Numbered from the stretch's first letter, positions 1 through 12,969 are shown. The stretch: 57,943 nucleotides of DNA from Chiloscyllium plagiosum (GCF_004010195.1 NC_057756.1:7975707-8033649), one strand, 5' to 3'. The notes: generated from the letters alone by a model not told the origin. Numbers and translations: made by a program.

Positions 1-567
1 AAGGCCGTTTGACCTCATCCCATCCTTTGCTTACCATTATCTACTCCCTCCATCTGTGCTGCCCCTCACAGCATCTTATCACTAAGCCCTTTTAATTGGG
101 GTTTGTTCCTGTGTTTCTGTAAAAGTGGGAAACAGATGTTTATACCTACTGTTTGTACAGGCGTATCTAGCTTAACTTCATCCCCTCACAACATCTTATC
201 TATTTGCCCGTAATATCTACCATTGTTTTGCTGTCACGTTTCATTCTGGCATACAATTTTAGCTTAAAAAAAAACAATTATGCATTTCCTCCACATCATT
301 TCTATTCTTGTTGACTCAGCTCCTGGCTGAAACAATTACACACTGATGTGAGTTCATTTATTTTTATATAATCAATTATAATTGCAGAATTGCAGAAGTA
401 ACATTAATTTACCTATATCCCACAGTCTGAAAATAGGTGGTTTGGGATTTTACTTTTTTTTTAAACTTTTAACATTTGTGAATAGAAAGGCACAATAGAA
501 CAATTACATGTAAGACTGAGCATCATTTTAAAACTGTTCTGGAGTCACTCGCTGCCTGCTTTTCCAG

Positions 568-664
568 GTAGAGATTTTCGTGAATGGAAAGCAGGATTTT
601 TAGTAGCTGGAATCACTTTGAGTATTGGACTGAGTGGATTCTTCATCTACAAGTGTGTGAGAAA
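568..664 (+). CDS. Transmembrane exon of a type I membrane immunoreceptor-like gene (Ig superfamily/Siglec-like; ectodomain exons lie upstream of the window)
   Basis: ttttccag acceptor and aa|gtaagt donor. Phase 1 to phase 2. Reads xRDFREWKAGFLVAGITLSIGLSGFFIYKCVRK: a hydrophobic span followed by a basic stop-transfer segment. The family name is inference. Confidence 0.8.
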
Positions 665-1381
665 GTAAGTGCCAAGCTTCAATTTGCTGTTTTTGAATTT
701 GCAATTCTACAGCTTTATCCCAAAGCATCTCTCAGTCCATGAAGTTTTTCTCAAGTGTTGTGTTAGAGGAAACATAGCAGTCAATTTACATGCAGCAACC
801 TTCCAAAAATAGTGAAGTGACAATGATCCAGGTAGTCAGTTTCTAGTGATGCTGGTAAATGGATATATTCTGGTTTCTGATCTTTCTTCGCCCTCTGGAG
901 GGGGCTGTGAACTATAACTCAATGTCAGTATCTGCCCAGCCTTACATAGCAATATTGCTGCAGAGTCAGGAGACAATCCACTGCACTTTGTTCAAATTGT
1001 GGTCACAAGATCATTCACAACAACACTTGGGGGTTGGTTTCACATCTTATCCAACAATGCAGCCCACCCTCAGTACTGTAACTTCCCAAGTCAGCCAGCC
1101 AGATTATAAAATGTCTTATAATATCATGAAGTTGTGAAAGGAATGATATAAATGCAAGCCTCTCTTTCTTAACTGGATACATCCTTTTCCATTATCTCTG
1201 ATTCATTCAACTTCCTTTTTCTACTGCTGCTTTCTGTCTCTCCCTCTTCCTCTTTCTCTCTCTCTCCCTCATCCTCTTGTACATTGTCCAGTTTCTCACT
1301 GAGTTAAACAGCACTATGTAACATCTGATCTTTGGGAAATTTCCTCTTCACCCTCTGGAGCGAGCAATGAACTGAAACTCA

Positions 1382-1535
1382 GTGATGTGGAGGTGCCAGT
1401 GTTGGACTGGGGTAGACAACGTTAAACATCACACAACATCAGATTATAGTCTGACAGCTTTATTTGGAAGTCCAAGCTTTCACAGCACTTCTCCTTCATT
1501 AGCTAACTATCTGATTGTGTGATTTTTACTTCTTA
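1382..1535 (-). mobile_element. Short degenerate Penelope-associated repeat
   Basis: The minus strand has a decayed hammerhead-like core (ctaatgaaggagaagtgctgtgaaagc) followed by aaataaa. Confidence 0.45.
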
Positions 1536-1569
1536 AACTCAATGTCAATGACTGTCTAGCCTTACGCTG

Positions 1570-3030
1570 CAATGGATGTAGGTTTGCTCACTGAGCTAGA
1601 AGGTTTATTTTCAGACATTTTGTCATCATACTAGGTAACATCTTCAGTGAGTCTCCAGACGAAGCATTGCTGATGATTCCCGCTTTCTATTTATAGGTTT
1701 GGGTTTATTTGGATTGGTGATGTCATTTCCTGTGGTGATGTCATTTCCTATAGTGATGTCATGTCCTGTTCTTTTTCTCAGGGGGTAGAAAATTGGGTCC
1801 AAATCAGTGTGTTTGTTGATAGAGTTTCGGTTGGAATGCTATGCTTCTAAGAATTCGCGTGCTTGTCCGAGGATGGATGTGTTGTCCCAGTCGAAGTGGT
1901 GTCCTTCCTCATCTGTATGTAAGGATGCTAGTGAGAGAGGGTCAGGTTATTTTGTGGCTAGTTGATGTTCATGTATCCTGGTGGCTAGTTTTCTGCCTGT
2001 TTGTTCAATGTAGTGTTTGTTACACTCCTTGCGCGGTATTTTGTAAATGACATTAGTTTTGCTTGTCTGTATAAGGTCTTTCAAATTCATTAGCTGCTCC
2101 TTTAGTGTGTTGGTGGGTTTGTGGGCTACCATGATGCTAAGGGGTCTGAGTAGTCTGGCAGTAATTTCCAAGATGTCTTTGATGTAGGAGAGAGTGGCTA
2201 GTGTTTCTGGACATGTTTTGTCTGCTTGTTTGGGTTTGCTGCTGAGAAATTGGTGGACTGTGTCCATTGGTTACCCATTCTTTTTGAATACTCTGCGTAG
2301 GTGATTTTCCTCTGCTCTGTGCTGCAGTATGTGGTGGCTCATTGGAATAATGTTCTGATGGAGCCTCCCTTGTGGATGTTGGGGCGATTGCTCCTGTTGT
2401 TCAATATTTGGTCCGCATGTGTAGTTTTCCTGTAGATGCTGGTTTGAAGTTTCCCCATTGGCTGTTCACTCTACTGTGACATCTAGGAATGGCAGTTTGT
2501 TGTTGTTTTCCTCCTCTTTAGTGAATTTTATGCCACTAAGGGTATTATTGATGGTCTTGAAGGTTTCCTCTAATTTGTTTCATTTAGTGATGACAAAGGT
2601 GTCATCTACGTAGTGGACACAAAGTTTGGGTTTGACAGTTGGCAGAGCATTTGTTTGAGTCTCTGCATTACTGTCTCTGCTAAGAACCCAGATAGTGGAG
2701 ATCCCATGGGTGTTTTGTTGATTTGTCTGTATGTTTTGTTGTTGAAGGTGAAGTGGGTGGTAAGGCATAGGTCCACTAGCTTGACTAAACTGTCCTTGCT
2801 GATGAAGTTGGTGGTGTTTGGTGTATGTGTCTTTGGGTCTTCGAATAGTGTCGTCAGTGTTTCCTTGGCCAGGTTGATGTTGATTGATGTGAACAGAGCT
2901 GTTACATCAAAGGAGACCATTATTTCATCCTCTTCTATTTTAGTGTCTTTGATGGTCTTTAGGAATTCTTGGGTGAAGTGAGTCTTCTACTAAGTATTTT
3001 AGTCTTTGGTCCTTGGCCAATCTGTAAGTT
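1570..3030 (-). mobile_element. Penelope-like retroelement (RT + GIY-YIG endonuclease), 5'-truncated and frameshifted
   Basis: RT motifs VSFDVTALF, PMGSPLS and YVDDTF (ORFs 2606-2920, 2580-2768). GIY-YIG-like NVIYKIP..C..HYIEQTGRKL..RIHEH (1947-2267). Decayed hammerhead in the 3' region near 1610-1650. Confidence 0.9.
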
Positions 3031-3198
3031 GTACATTGTGCACTGCAATATCATCACAGAGTCAGGATGCAAGGATTAACATTTTACAAAAAATAAAAGA
3101 TAAAGGTCCTGCATATCAGCAAAAAGCATTTCACTTCCTTCCCAACTTCCTGATCTGACCCAGAATGAAACATCTACTGTTTTCAATTCAATACACAG

Positions 3199-3283
3199 AA
3201 TGAGAACTACAGGAAGAGATCATTCAGCCCACACCAAGGATGTTAGCAGAAACACCCCAGGAGAACAGTCAGACAGGTCAAGG
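3199..3283 (+). CDS. Cytoplasmic exon of the immunoreceptor-like gene
   Basis: acacag acceptor and agg|gtaagt donor. The only open frame starts in phase 2, matching the TM exon, and reads MRTTGRDHSAHTKDVSRNTPGEQSDRSR. It ends in phase 0. Confidence 0.75.
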
Positions 3284-3959
3284 GTAAGTAATATAATTAT
3301 TGGAATTCATTGCCTTGATCAAGATTTTCCTTTGTTGATGTTGTGACTTGCAAAGGCAATTTCCAATGATGGATGCCGTCAAAGGTTTCTAGTTATTCAT
3401 GTGATCTGGGTATAGAGTTCAAGTTTATCCAGCAGAACATCATTCCATTCAAATTTCATGGACAGGTTTCCTTGTGATCAAAATGCTTCCAATTACTTAA
3501 GGACTCCAGAGTGCAGAGCCTATCCCATCCGATGAAGAGGTCTAGGGAAAAGTCTGGATCAAGAACAGAATCCTTAAAACTCACAGCCAGGGCCTACAGG
3601 TGCGATGTCAGGAAGCATTTCTTTACAAGAAGGGGAGTTAGATAATCTGTAACTTCTTCTAACAATAACTAGAGCAGATCCAGATCCTGCTCATTTTTGC
3701 TGTGTCCATTCTGTTTCTAATACAGGAGAGAAGGATGATGAAACAAGAATCTAAAGGTAGGCGTTGTACACATGAATATCAAGGAATTACTTCTGAAAAC
3801 TGTGAGATGGATTGGGCTTTGGAGAGTCAGAAGGTGAGTCACGTACTACAGGACCGAGTCACTTACCTCCACTTCTGGGTCTGATATTGAAGTGTCTGGT
3901 CTAGTCGTGTGTCTGGAATCAATGGCACAGCTAAACCCTAACTCAAAACAAAATGCGGA

Positions 3960-6130
3960 ATGTACACTATTCAGAATCAATAATCAAACCCCACCTTGTT
4001 CTGTACTGATAATCAAAGGCCACACTGTTCCGTATCAATAATCAAACTCCACCCCATCCAGTGTTGATAATCCAACCCATCACTGTCAGTAGCGATAATC
4101 AAACTCAACTGCTCAGTATTGATAGTCAAACCCAACACTGCTCAGTGTTGACAGTCAAATCCAATATTGTTCAGTATCAACAGCTTCACCCACCCAGTAT
4201 TGAAAACCAAAGTCCATTCAGTGTCGATAATTAAAACCATAATATTCAAGGTTCAGTCAACAAACTCCATTCAATATAGATAATTAAACCCTAATACTGT
4301 TCAGTATTGACAATCAAACTCCACACCATTATTTATCAATAATTACCAGACCATACAATATTAATGTTCAAAGTGCATACGGACCTTTATGCACTAACAG
4401 TCAAGGCCACATCTTTCAGTACAGATAATCAAACCTGATTTAGTATCGATAATCAAATCCCACACCATTCAGTGTTGATAACCAAACCTCAAACCATTCA
4501 GTGTTGATAACCAAACCTCAAACTGTTCAGCATTAATAACCAAACCCCAAACCATTCAGTGTTGATAATAATCCTCCCACTGAGTATCGTTAATCTAATC
4601 CCACACATGTTCAGGAGCGCGCATCGGACCCCAACCCGTTCAATATCGATAATCATATCCCATTTAGAATTGATAATCATCTCTACACAGTTCGATAATC
4701 AAGTTCATTCAGTATCAATAATCAAATCCAATCAGTATTGAAAATCACTCCCCACATCATTCAGTATCGATAATCAAACTCCATACCATTCAGTATCATT
4801 AATTAAACTCCATGTTGTTCTGTTTCAATAATTAAACCTCAGACTGTCATTATTAATAATCAAATCCCACACTGTCATTTATCAATAATGAAAATCCACA
4901 CTGTACAGCAGTGACATTTATACACCAACCTGATCTTTATGAATATTCAAAGCCACATTGTTCAGTATCGATAATTAAACCCGATTCACTATCGACAATC
5001 AAACCCCATGCTGTTTTCTATCAATAATCATACACTATTCAATATAAATAATCAAACCCCACACTGTTCAGTATCGATAATCAAACCCCACACTGTTCAG
5101 TATTGATAATCAAATACCATACTGTTCAGTATTGATAATCAAACCCCACACTGTTCAGTATCGATAATCAAACCCCACACTGTTCAGTATCGATAATCAA
5201 ATGCCATACTGTTCAGTATTGATAATCAAGCCATTCAGTACCAATAAGCAAATCCCATGCCGTTCAGTATTGATCATCAAAGTTCGATCAGTGTCAATAA
5301 TTGAACACCATTCAATATTGGTTAACAAACCCTACTCTGTTCAGTATCAATAATCATCTCCACACCATTCAGTAACGCTAATCAAAGCTTATTCAGTATC
5401 AATAAAGGAACCGCATTCTGTAGCGATAACTGAATCCCATACAGTTCAGTACTGATAATCACACCCCATTCCATTCAGTGAAAATCAAAGCCCATTCAGT
5501 ATCAATCAACAAACCCTATTCAGTATAAATAATCAAACCCACACTGTTCCATACAATAATCAAACCCCAAACCATTATTTACCAATAATCAAAACCCAGA
5601 CCATACAGCATGAACATTCTAATCAGATACCAGCCTTTATAAATAGTCAAGGCCACATCATTCAGTATCGATAATCAAACCTGTTTCAGTATCAAGAATT
5701 AAACCTAATTCAGTATTGGTAAATCTCACAATGATCAACATCGATAATCGATAATCATTCAGTATCAATAATCATTCCCACACTATTCAGTATCAAAATT
5801 CATTCTCCCACTCATTAGTTTATTGCCACACGTGTTCAGGAGCACACATCAGACACACTGTTCAATATTGGTAATCATACCCCATTCGGTATGGATAATC
5901 AAATCCCAGACTGTGCAGTATCGATCATCAAACCCGATACCATTCAGTATTGATAATAAAATCCACACTGTTCAGAATCGCTCATCAAAGCCCACACCGT
6001 TCAGTATCGATAATCAAACCTCACGCCATTTAGTGTCGATAATCAAACTGCACACCATTCAGTATCAATAATCAACACCCCCCCACCATTTAGTATCGAT
6101 ATTCACCCTCATTCAGTATTGATAATTAAT
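3960..6130. repeat. Degenerate minisatellite, ~29-bp unit TCAAACCCCACACTGTTCAGTATCGATAA
   Basis: Near-perfect tandem units at 5050-5230 with degenerate units either side. It lies within the last intron of the receptor gene. Confidence 0.9.
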
Positions 6131-6203
6131 ATTTATTGCGGTCAATAATATTGAACACTGATCATTCTGGTTGTTGCTTCTCTCCTCTCGGTTTCTATTT
6201 CAG

Positions 6204-6311
6204 AGGCAAGTTGAGGAAATGAAAACGAATCATCATATCAATGCAAGTCAGGACAATGAAATCTATGCGAACTGGAATTTTCATGAGGAGGCTGTGTATG
6301 GGAATATTTAG
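6204..6311 (+). CDS. Last coding exon of the immunoreceptor-like gene (tyrosine-motif tail)
   Basis: Polypyrimidine tract and tttcag acceptor, phase 0. Reads RQVEEMKTNHHINASQDNEIYANWNFHEEAVYGNI-stop (TAG 6309-6311). Confidence 0.8.
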   Translation, partial: RQVEEMKTNHHINASQDNEIYANWNFHEEAVYGNI

Positions 6312-7479
6312 AGCAAAACTAAATAACACTCATGTGGGGCAACACAGATCGAGGGAACCATTTAAAACTCCAACTTATCTTCCTAAAATCTGCCGAAATC
6401 ACTCCCAAGAAATAGTTTGAAATCTCTCGAGATCATATACTGGAGTTTCTTAGAGGTGATGTCATTTCACAGAGTTGCATGTTGGCATCTTAGATATTTC
6501 TGTCTGGATTTAATTTTAAACAACTTTGTTTCCAACAGCAAGGTCCTGTCTCTCCATTATGATTGTCAATGCCTTTTGAATTTTATCAAACTTCTATCAG
6601 GATTAGACAGACACATTCAACTCCGTGCTGGTTCCCTCCCTTTCACTCATCCACTGGATCAATGATCTGTGACTATTCCCCTCACCCAGAGCTCTCCTTT
6701 CTCACTATTTCCCTCCTATGGTCTCTCAAGTCCTCTCTGAGCTCACCGTCAATGAAAGCCTGCTCCACTTCCTTCGATTCAGTTCCCACTAAACCATTGA
6801 TCACCCAACATAACCTCCTGGCTCTCATTCCAGTCAACAGTGTGTTTGTTCTCTGTTCAGGAACTGGTCCTTTCTCTTTTAAGTCTCCTATTCACTCCCT
6901 TCTCCTCTAAACATCAACTCTTCACCTCCTTAAAACTCCTGCTTCTCCCTCTCCTCCTTCAAGATTCTCCAATAACCTAAACTCTTATCTACCTGTCCTT
7001 TCCTTTTTTACTCTATATTAATAATTGTCCAGCAACTCTTTGTAATCTTGCTTTTCAATTCAAAAACCACTGATTCAGTGGAAGTAAGCCTTTATGGTTT
7101 GCAGTCAATCTCTCTCTCTTGAGTTCAACATTAGTCAGTGGAGACTTCCTCACAGACTTCGAAAAGAAGAATGGACAGTTGTCCCTCAGATACTGATACC
7201 ATCTGGACACCATCAAGAGATCTTGTTGGCAGCAGATCAAATTTCTCTGATATGAGGTAAAGAACATGGAAATCTCAAACATTGATAAGCCCTCATTTTT
7301 ACTGGATGGGCATTCACAATGATGTGGTGCACTTTTTTAAAATCATACCATCCTTGCCACATTGTGGGTGAACCTCAACATGTAATCAAATCAGCATTTT
7401 CAATACGCATTTTCAATACCAGATATCACAGAACCATTCAGTCAGATGTTACTAAATAGACAGGATCATTACCAAATCA

Positions 7480-7568
7480 TTACCAGATCTTCCTGAAGAA
7501 GGGCTTATGCCCGAAACGTCGATTCTCCTGTTCCCTGGATGCGGCCTGACCTGCTGCGCTTTTCCAGC
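7480..7568 (+). mobile_element. Short Penelope-derived repeat with a minimal hammerhead ribozyme motif
   Basis: CTGAAGA-A-GGGC-ttat-GCCC-GAAACGTC at 7493-7520. Flanking direct repeat tcattaccaaatca at 7466-7479 and 7569-7582. Confidence 0.7.
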
Positions 7569-7585
7569 TCATTACCAAATCAGTC

Positions 7586-7735
7586 AGGGACATGGTGGCC
7601 TAGTGGTACTATCACTGGACTATTAATCCCGATAATATTTGCGGACCCAGGTTCAAATCCTGCCAGGTGGATGGTGCAATTTGAATTTGAATAAAATCTG
7701 GAATTAGGAATCTAATGATGACGTTGAAACCATCT
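7586..7735 (+). mobile_element. tRNA-derived SINE fragment
   Basis: A-box-like tggcctagtgg and B-box-like ggttcaaatcc. A related reverse copy lies at about 56380-56650. Confidence 0.65.
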
Positions 7736-7819
7736 ATCTAGCCAGCAACATCTTCATCCTGTGAATTAATTTTTAAAAAAGGAAAACAAGACACCAGCAT
7801 TTTCTTATTATTATAACTA

Positions 7820-8195
7820 TGGCTGAGGGGTGACCTGTTAGAGGTATAAACAATCATGAGGGGCATGGACAGGTTAAGTAGCCAAGGTCTTTTTCCCAGG
7901 GCAGGGAAGTCCAAAAATAGAGGGCATAAGTTTAAGTTGAGAGGAGAAAGATTCAAAAGGAACCTAAGGGGCAACTTTTTCATACAGAGGGTTGTGTGTG
8001 TATGGAAGAAGCTGCCAGAAGACACAGAAGCAGGTACAATTACAACATTTAAGAGGTATCTGGATGGATACATGAATAAGAAGGTTGAAGGGAATAAGGG
8101 TAAATGAGATGAGATCAGTTTCAGATATCTAGTTGGGATGCACGAGTTGGACCAAAGGGTCTGCTTCCATTCTGTATAACTCTATGATTCTATAA
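7820..8195 (+). mobile_element. CR1 LINE 3' end
   Basis: ORF2 C-terminus LFPR...RGHKFKL...RGNFFIQRVV.VW..LP and a ctctatga-type tail. Confidence 0.85.
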
Positions 8196-8259
8196 ATCAC
8201 TTCCCAAGGCCATCCTTTTGAGGACAATCTCAGTTGAAATAGTAATGAATAAATTAAAT

Positions 8260-8800
8260 ATGATCAGACCACATTTGGAGTACTGTGCGCAGTTTTGGGC
8301 CCCATATCTCAGGAACGATGTAGTGGCCCTGGGGGTGTTCAAAGGAAGTTCATGTGAATGGTCCCAGGAATGAAGAGCTTAACGTATGAGGAAAATTTGA
8401 CGACTCTGGGTTTATATTCAATGGAGTTTAGAAAGATGAGGGGTTCTAATTGAAACTGACAGAATACTGAATGGCCTGGACAGAGTAGATGTTGGGGGTT
8501 GCTTCCATTAGTAGGAGAGATTAGGATGCGAGAGCATAGCCTTAGAGTAAAGGAAAGACCTTTTAAAACAAAGATGAGGAAAAACTTCTTCAGCCAGAGA
8601 GTCGTGAATTCATTGCTACAGAAAGCTGTGGAAGGCAGGTCATTGAGTATGTTCAAGACTGAAACAGATAGGTTCTTGAATATCAAAAGGATCAAGGGTT
8701 ATGGTGAGAAAGTGGGAGAATGGATTAAGCAACTTATCCGCCATGATTGAATGGTGGAGCAGACTCGATGGGCTGAATGGCCTAATTTCTGCTATAAGTC
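8260..8800 (+). mobile_element. CR1 LINE 3' end
   Basis: RPHLEYCAQFW and RKNFFSQRVVN ORF2 C-terminal motifs. Confidence 0.85.
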
Positions 8801-8989
8801 TTCAGCTCTGAAGAACGTTCTCATTACGGACTACTCGTAGCAATGCATTCAGATCAAGTTTGCAATTTTGTATTTAATAATTTTGAAGTCACGATGGATA
8901 AATTGAAGATAAAAAAGAGTTAAGCCAATAGCAGTACTGACCCACCAACAACGCACCACTGTCTTAGTAATGATCCTCAGTAGTGTAGC

Positions 8990-9560
8990 ATTCACTCAGT
9001 CTATACTCTCTACATTGAGATGCGGTCTCACCAATGCTCTGTATAATTGAAGCATAATATTCTTAACTTTGCTTTCAAGTCTTCTCATAATACAGGACAG
9101 TGTTTCATTAGCCTCCCAAATTTCATGCTGCACTTGCATATTCATACTTTTTGAGTCAGGCATCATAACACTGAGATCCCTCTGCACTCCAGAATTCTGC
9201 AGTTGTTCTCTGTTTAAGCTACTTTTGTTTATTCTTCCCGCCAAAGGAAACTAATTTACATTTTTCCTACATTGTAGTTCATTTGCCAGCCCTTTGCCAC
9301 TCGCTCAGCTGATCTATAATCAGCCTGAAACCTCCTCATGACCATTCCACATTATACTTTCTGACCTGTCTTTTTGCCACTCTCAAATTCAGCTACCATG
9401 CCTTGGGTCCCCTCATCTAAATCATTAAATAGAATGCAAAAAGTTGAGGCATCAGCACAGTCTCCAACAAACTCCATGCATCACATCCTGTCAATTTTTA
9501 AAGGACCTTTTTATGCAAACTCTGATTTCAACTGGCCAGCCAGTCTTTTATCCATTCTAA
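8990..9560 (-). mobile_element. Old CR1 LINE fragment
   Basis: QRDLSV and MLQLYRALVRPHL in ORF 8996-9244. Confidence 0.75.
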
Positions 9561-9699
9561 TCAACTGATCAGCCAATGAGCTAAGCAAGAGCAGCCTTTT
9601 GGTCTGCTAAAATTATAATGACTTTAACTTTATGTTATTCATGCTAATATACAAATCCTACATCATATGCTTCGACTTTTTGCCATAATTCTGTGTGTA

Positions 9700-10580
9700 C
9701 GGTAGACAAACAGGAAGCTGGGAGAATTCAGCAAGTGAGGCAGCATCAGGAAGTACAGAAGTCACTGTTTCAGATGTAACCCTTCTTGAGGACTGGGGGT
9801 GGGTGTAAGGGGAGCTGCAGATAAAGGGGATGAGGGGACAGGTTGGTGAGGTGGAGACAGGTGCAGGGTGCAATCTGGTTGGTCGATGTGAGGGATGAAT
9901 CAGATAGGTGGCTGAGAGAAATGGAAGGGAGGGGAAGGGAGGTTTTTTTGAAATTTGAGAACTCAATGTTGAGTCCTCCGGATTGCAGGCTCCCCAGGCG
10001 GAAGATGAGGTGTTGTTCTTCCAATTTGTGGTTTGACTTGTTGTGGCAATGGAGGAGACCAAGGATGGTCAAGTCAGAAAGGGAGTAGGAAGGGGAATTA
10101 AAATGGATGGTGACTGAGAGGTTCAGTCAGCCCCTGGTCCAGCTGAGATGCTCAGCGAACCATTCCCTAAGTTTACGTTTGGTCTCACAATGTAGAGAAG
10201 ATCACATCAGGATAACCAGATACAGTAAACTACGTTGGAGGAGAGGTAGATGAACTTCTGTCTCACCTAGAAGGACTGTTTGGGGCCCCGGATGGAGATG
10301 AAGGGGGTGGTATGCAGCAGATTTTGCATCTTTTCCAGTTGCAGGGGAAGGTACCTGGGATTTCAGGGTTGTTGATGGGGAGAGGGGCACAAACCAAGGA
10401 TTGGCAAAGGGAATGGTCTTTGCGGAAGGCAGAGAGGGGTGGGGAGGGGAAGGCGTCCTTGGTAGTGGGGTCTAGTTGGAGTTGGCGGAAGTGTTTAAGC
10501 ATGATGTAGTGCCTGGTGGGGTGGTAGGTGAGGACAATGGGGACTCTGTCTTTATTGCGTTTGTGTGTGGGGGGGTGCAT
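9700..10580 (-). mobile_element. Penelope-like element 3' part (endonuclease region and terminal repeat)
   Basis: RVPIVLTYHP, PGTFPC...CK.C and KLEEQHLIFRLGSLQ.GLNIEF motifs. Decayed hammerhead near 9760-9790. Confidence 0.85.
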
Positions 10581-10904
10581 GTAAGTTAACATTTTGTATG
10601 ACACCTTGTCACATGCCTTGTGGAAGTCCACGTTCAGTTCATTAACAAGCTCACCTTTATCTACAGTTCCTTCAAAGAACAACAATAAATTGTTTAAACA
10701 CAATTTCCGCTCCACAAAACCATGCTGAATGTTTATGATCACTCTGAAATTTCCACATGACCAGTTATAACTTGCTCAATGACCGATTGAAACCCCTTCC
10801 TCATTAGAGATTTTAATCTATCTGGCCTGCAGTCCCCTGTTTTCAGCCTCCCTCTCTTCTTGAACACTGCAGTTATATTTGCAACTTACCAGTCAAGTAG
10901 AACC

Positions 10905-11539
10905 TGTGATGATATTTTGCCTTAAGAGATATATTTTGTCCTTTATTTTAAAATGAAGAAAGGTTGAGGCAGAGGTGCCAATCAGTCTACTCAGAGCCAA
11001 TAAAGAAACAATTTGTGAGGCCTTGGAGGTTTTTTTAGTAAGAAAAATTGGAACAACAGAAATAGCCTGAATGGTTTGGTCAAGTTCCCACAGATTTTTA
11101 GTTTTAGTTTTTCAGCAGCAGCATTTTATGGAGTGTTGAAGCTGGGTTTAGATGTCAGACTTCGCTTCCTGCTGCATACTCCCTGAGAATTTTCTGTTGA
11201 TGTTTTTCCTCCTAGACAGGAGAACTGCATGGAAGACAGTCCATTTTACTGCCTAAGTTTATGGGATGTTACTATATTGGAACATTACTGTTTAATATTT
11301 AAATAATCTATTATCTGTTAAGTTGTCCAATAGAGTTGTTATTCCGATTTCGTCTTTATTTTGTTGTATTTTGACTAGAGTATATGAATAAAGTGTGTTG
11401 TGCTTCATGACCGGTAGTTTGACCAATTGAATTGGTTCCGGAATACAACACCTGACACTTGCCTTTAAATAAGAAAAAAAAATACAGCAAAGACTATCTT
11501 CTTAATATATTTTGAGGGGGTTTGGTCTGTTCCAAAACA
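10905..11539 (+). mobile_element. Solo LTR (Gypsy-type) inserted in a minus-strand CR1 fragment
   Basis: TG...CA ends, 4-bp TSD AACC (10901-10904 and 11540-11543) and an internal aataaa. Confidence 0.8.
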
Positions 11540-12969
11540 AACCTTTCCAGAATCTAGCAATTTTGGAAATTGACACCATCACATTACTATCTCATTCACT
11601 ACCGCCTTTAAGACCCTGGAATAAAATCCATCAGGACCTTGAGATTTATCCACCCACAGCTCCATCAGTGTTTCCACTGTTCATCTGGGGATCTCTGGTG
11701 GGAATCGGGTTGCCAGTGGAGATATTGTTGTAGTTATCTGGGTGATTAGGGCCTTGATGTTGAGTGTGCTATCTTGATAGAGATGGCGGCTGCCAGTCTT
11801 TCTTGCCACCACCTCATCACAGCCTGTCATCCAACACGCACACACATTACTCCCGCTCTCTGTCTCCTCCCTACATACATCAGGAGGTTATCTCCAATTC
11901 ATTGGGCTTTCACTTTTGCTATCAGTCTCTCTTGTGGATCCAAATGCAGTGACTTCTTGAAGTCAATAATTGTAAAAGTCATACGCTATCCTTTGTTATC
12001 CACTTTAATAATCCTGCTCAAAACATTCAACGATATTCATTGGCTAAGACCTACCTTTTATGAATCCTCACTGGTCATCTCAGATTCCCCCAAAGTTCCC
12101 AGTCACTCAGTAATTGTTTCGTGTCATGTCTCCAGAGAAGCTGTTCATGACCAGGTTAATAATTTCAAAGTGATCCCTCTGTACTCTTAAAGCAAGGGTG
12201 TAAGTTCAGGAAACAACAAGACTAACAACTGAAAGAGACCTCGGAATAAAAGCAGAAGTAAGAGCAGAAAAAAAATCAGATGGTTGGATAACATTGAGGC
12301 GTGGACTGAGGGAGGTTTGATGAAAGCCAGAGAAGATGAGAACTCGAACTCTGGGTATGGGTGACCCACCCATGACCAGACCGTTCCCTTAAACGTTGCA
12401 ATGGCCTTGTTCATTTTTGTCACTCAGTGCAGCCATTCCTGAATAATGAACATTCGAAAGATAAACGTTCACAATTTCCTCATTGAGTTCTCATGGAATC
12501 CTAAACTGGACATCATTAGATCCAGAATAGTTTACCAGCTTCAGTCTGGTTATTTTCTCCATCTTTATTGGAACTTACACTGAATCCATTCAGCTCCCCT
12601 TCCTGAATTATTTCAAGTGTCCCTTAAGTGCCGACAGAGCTCTCTCCCCTGGAAGGAACGGGTTGGGCCTTAAGGATAAAAGTCCATTGGCCTCACCATC
12701 CCATCCAACTGGTAATGTTTGCCAATTCCAGCTGGCCATGTTGCTGCAGGTGAAATCCACTGACTTTTGCACTTTGAACCAACCATTGACTCCTGCCAAC
12801 TCCAAGCTCTCCTGCCATTCCCATTAGTCACTGATTGTGACTGACCTCAGAGCCATGCCCGCCCACAACTGGGCATTTCTCACCCACCGGTCAATGGCAA
12901 CACTCCCCAATCTTCAACATGATGATAACTGAGGAGGGTGAGTGGATGGAGGCACATTTTGGCTTTTCA

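Noticed and set aside
3960..6130. CRISPR-like array or coding ORFs (4498-4741, 5823-6071)
   Set aside because: Tandem units have no unique spacers, there are no cas genes and the context is eukaryotic. The ORFs are repeat translations.
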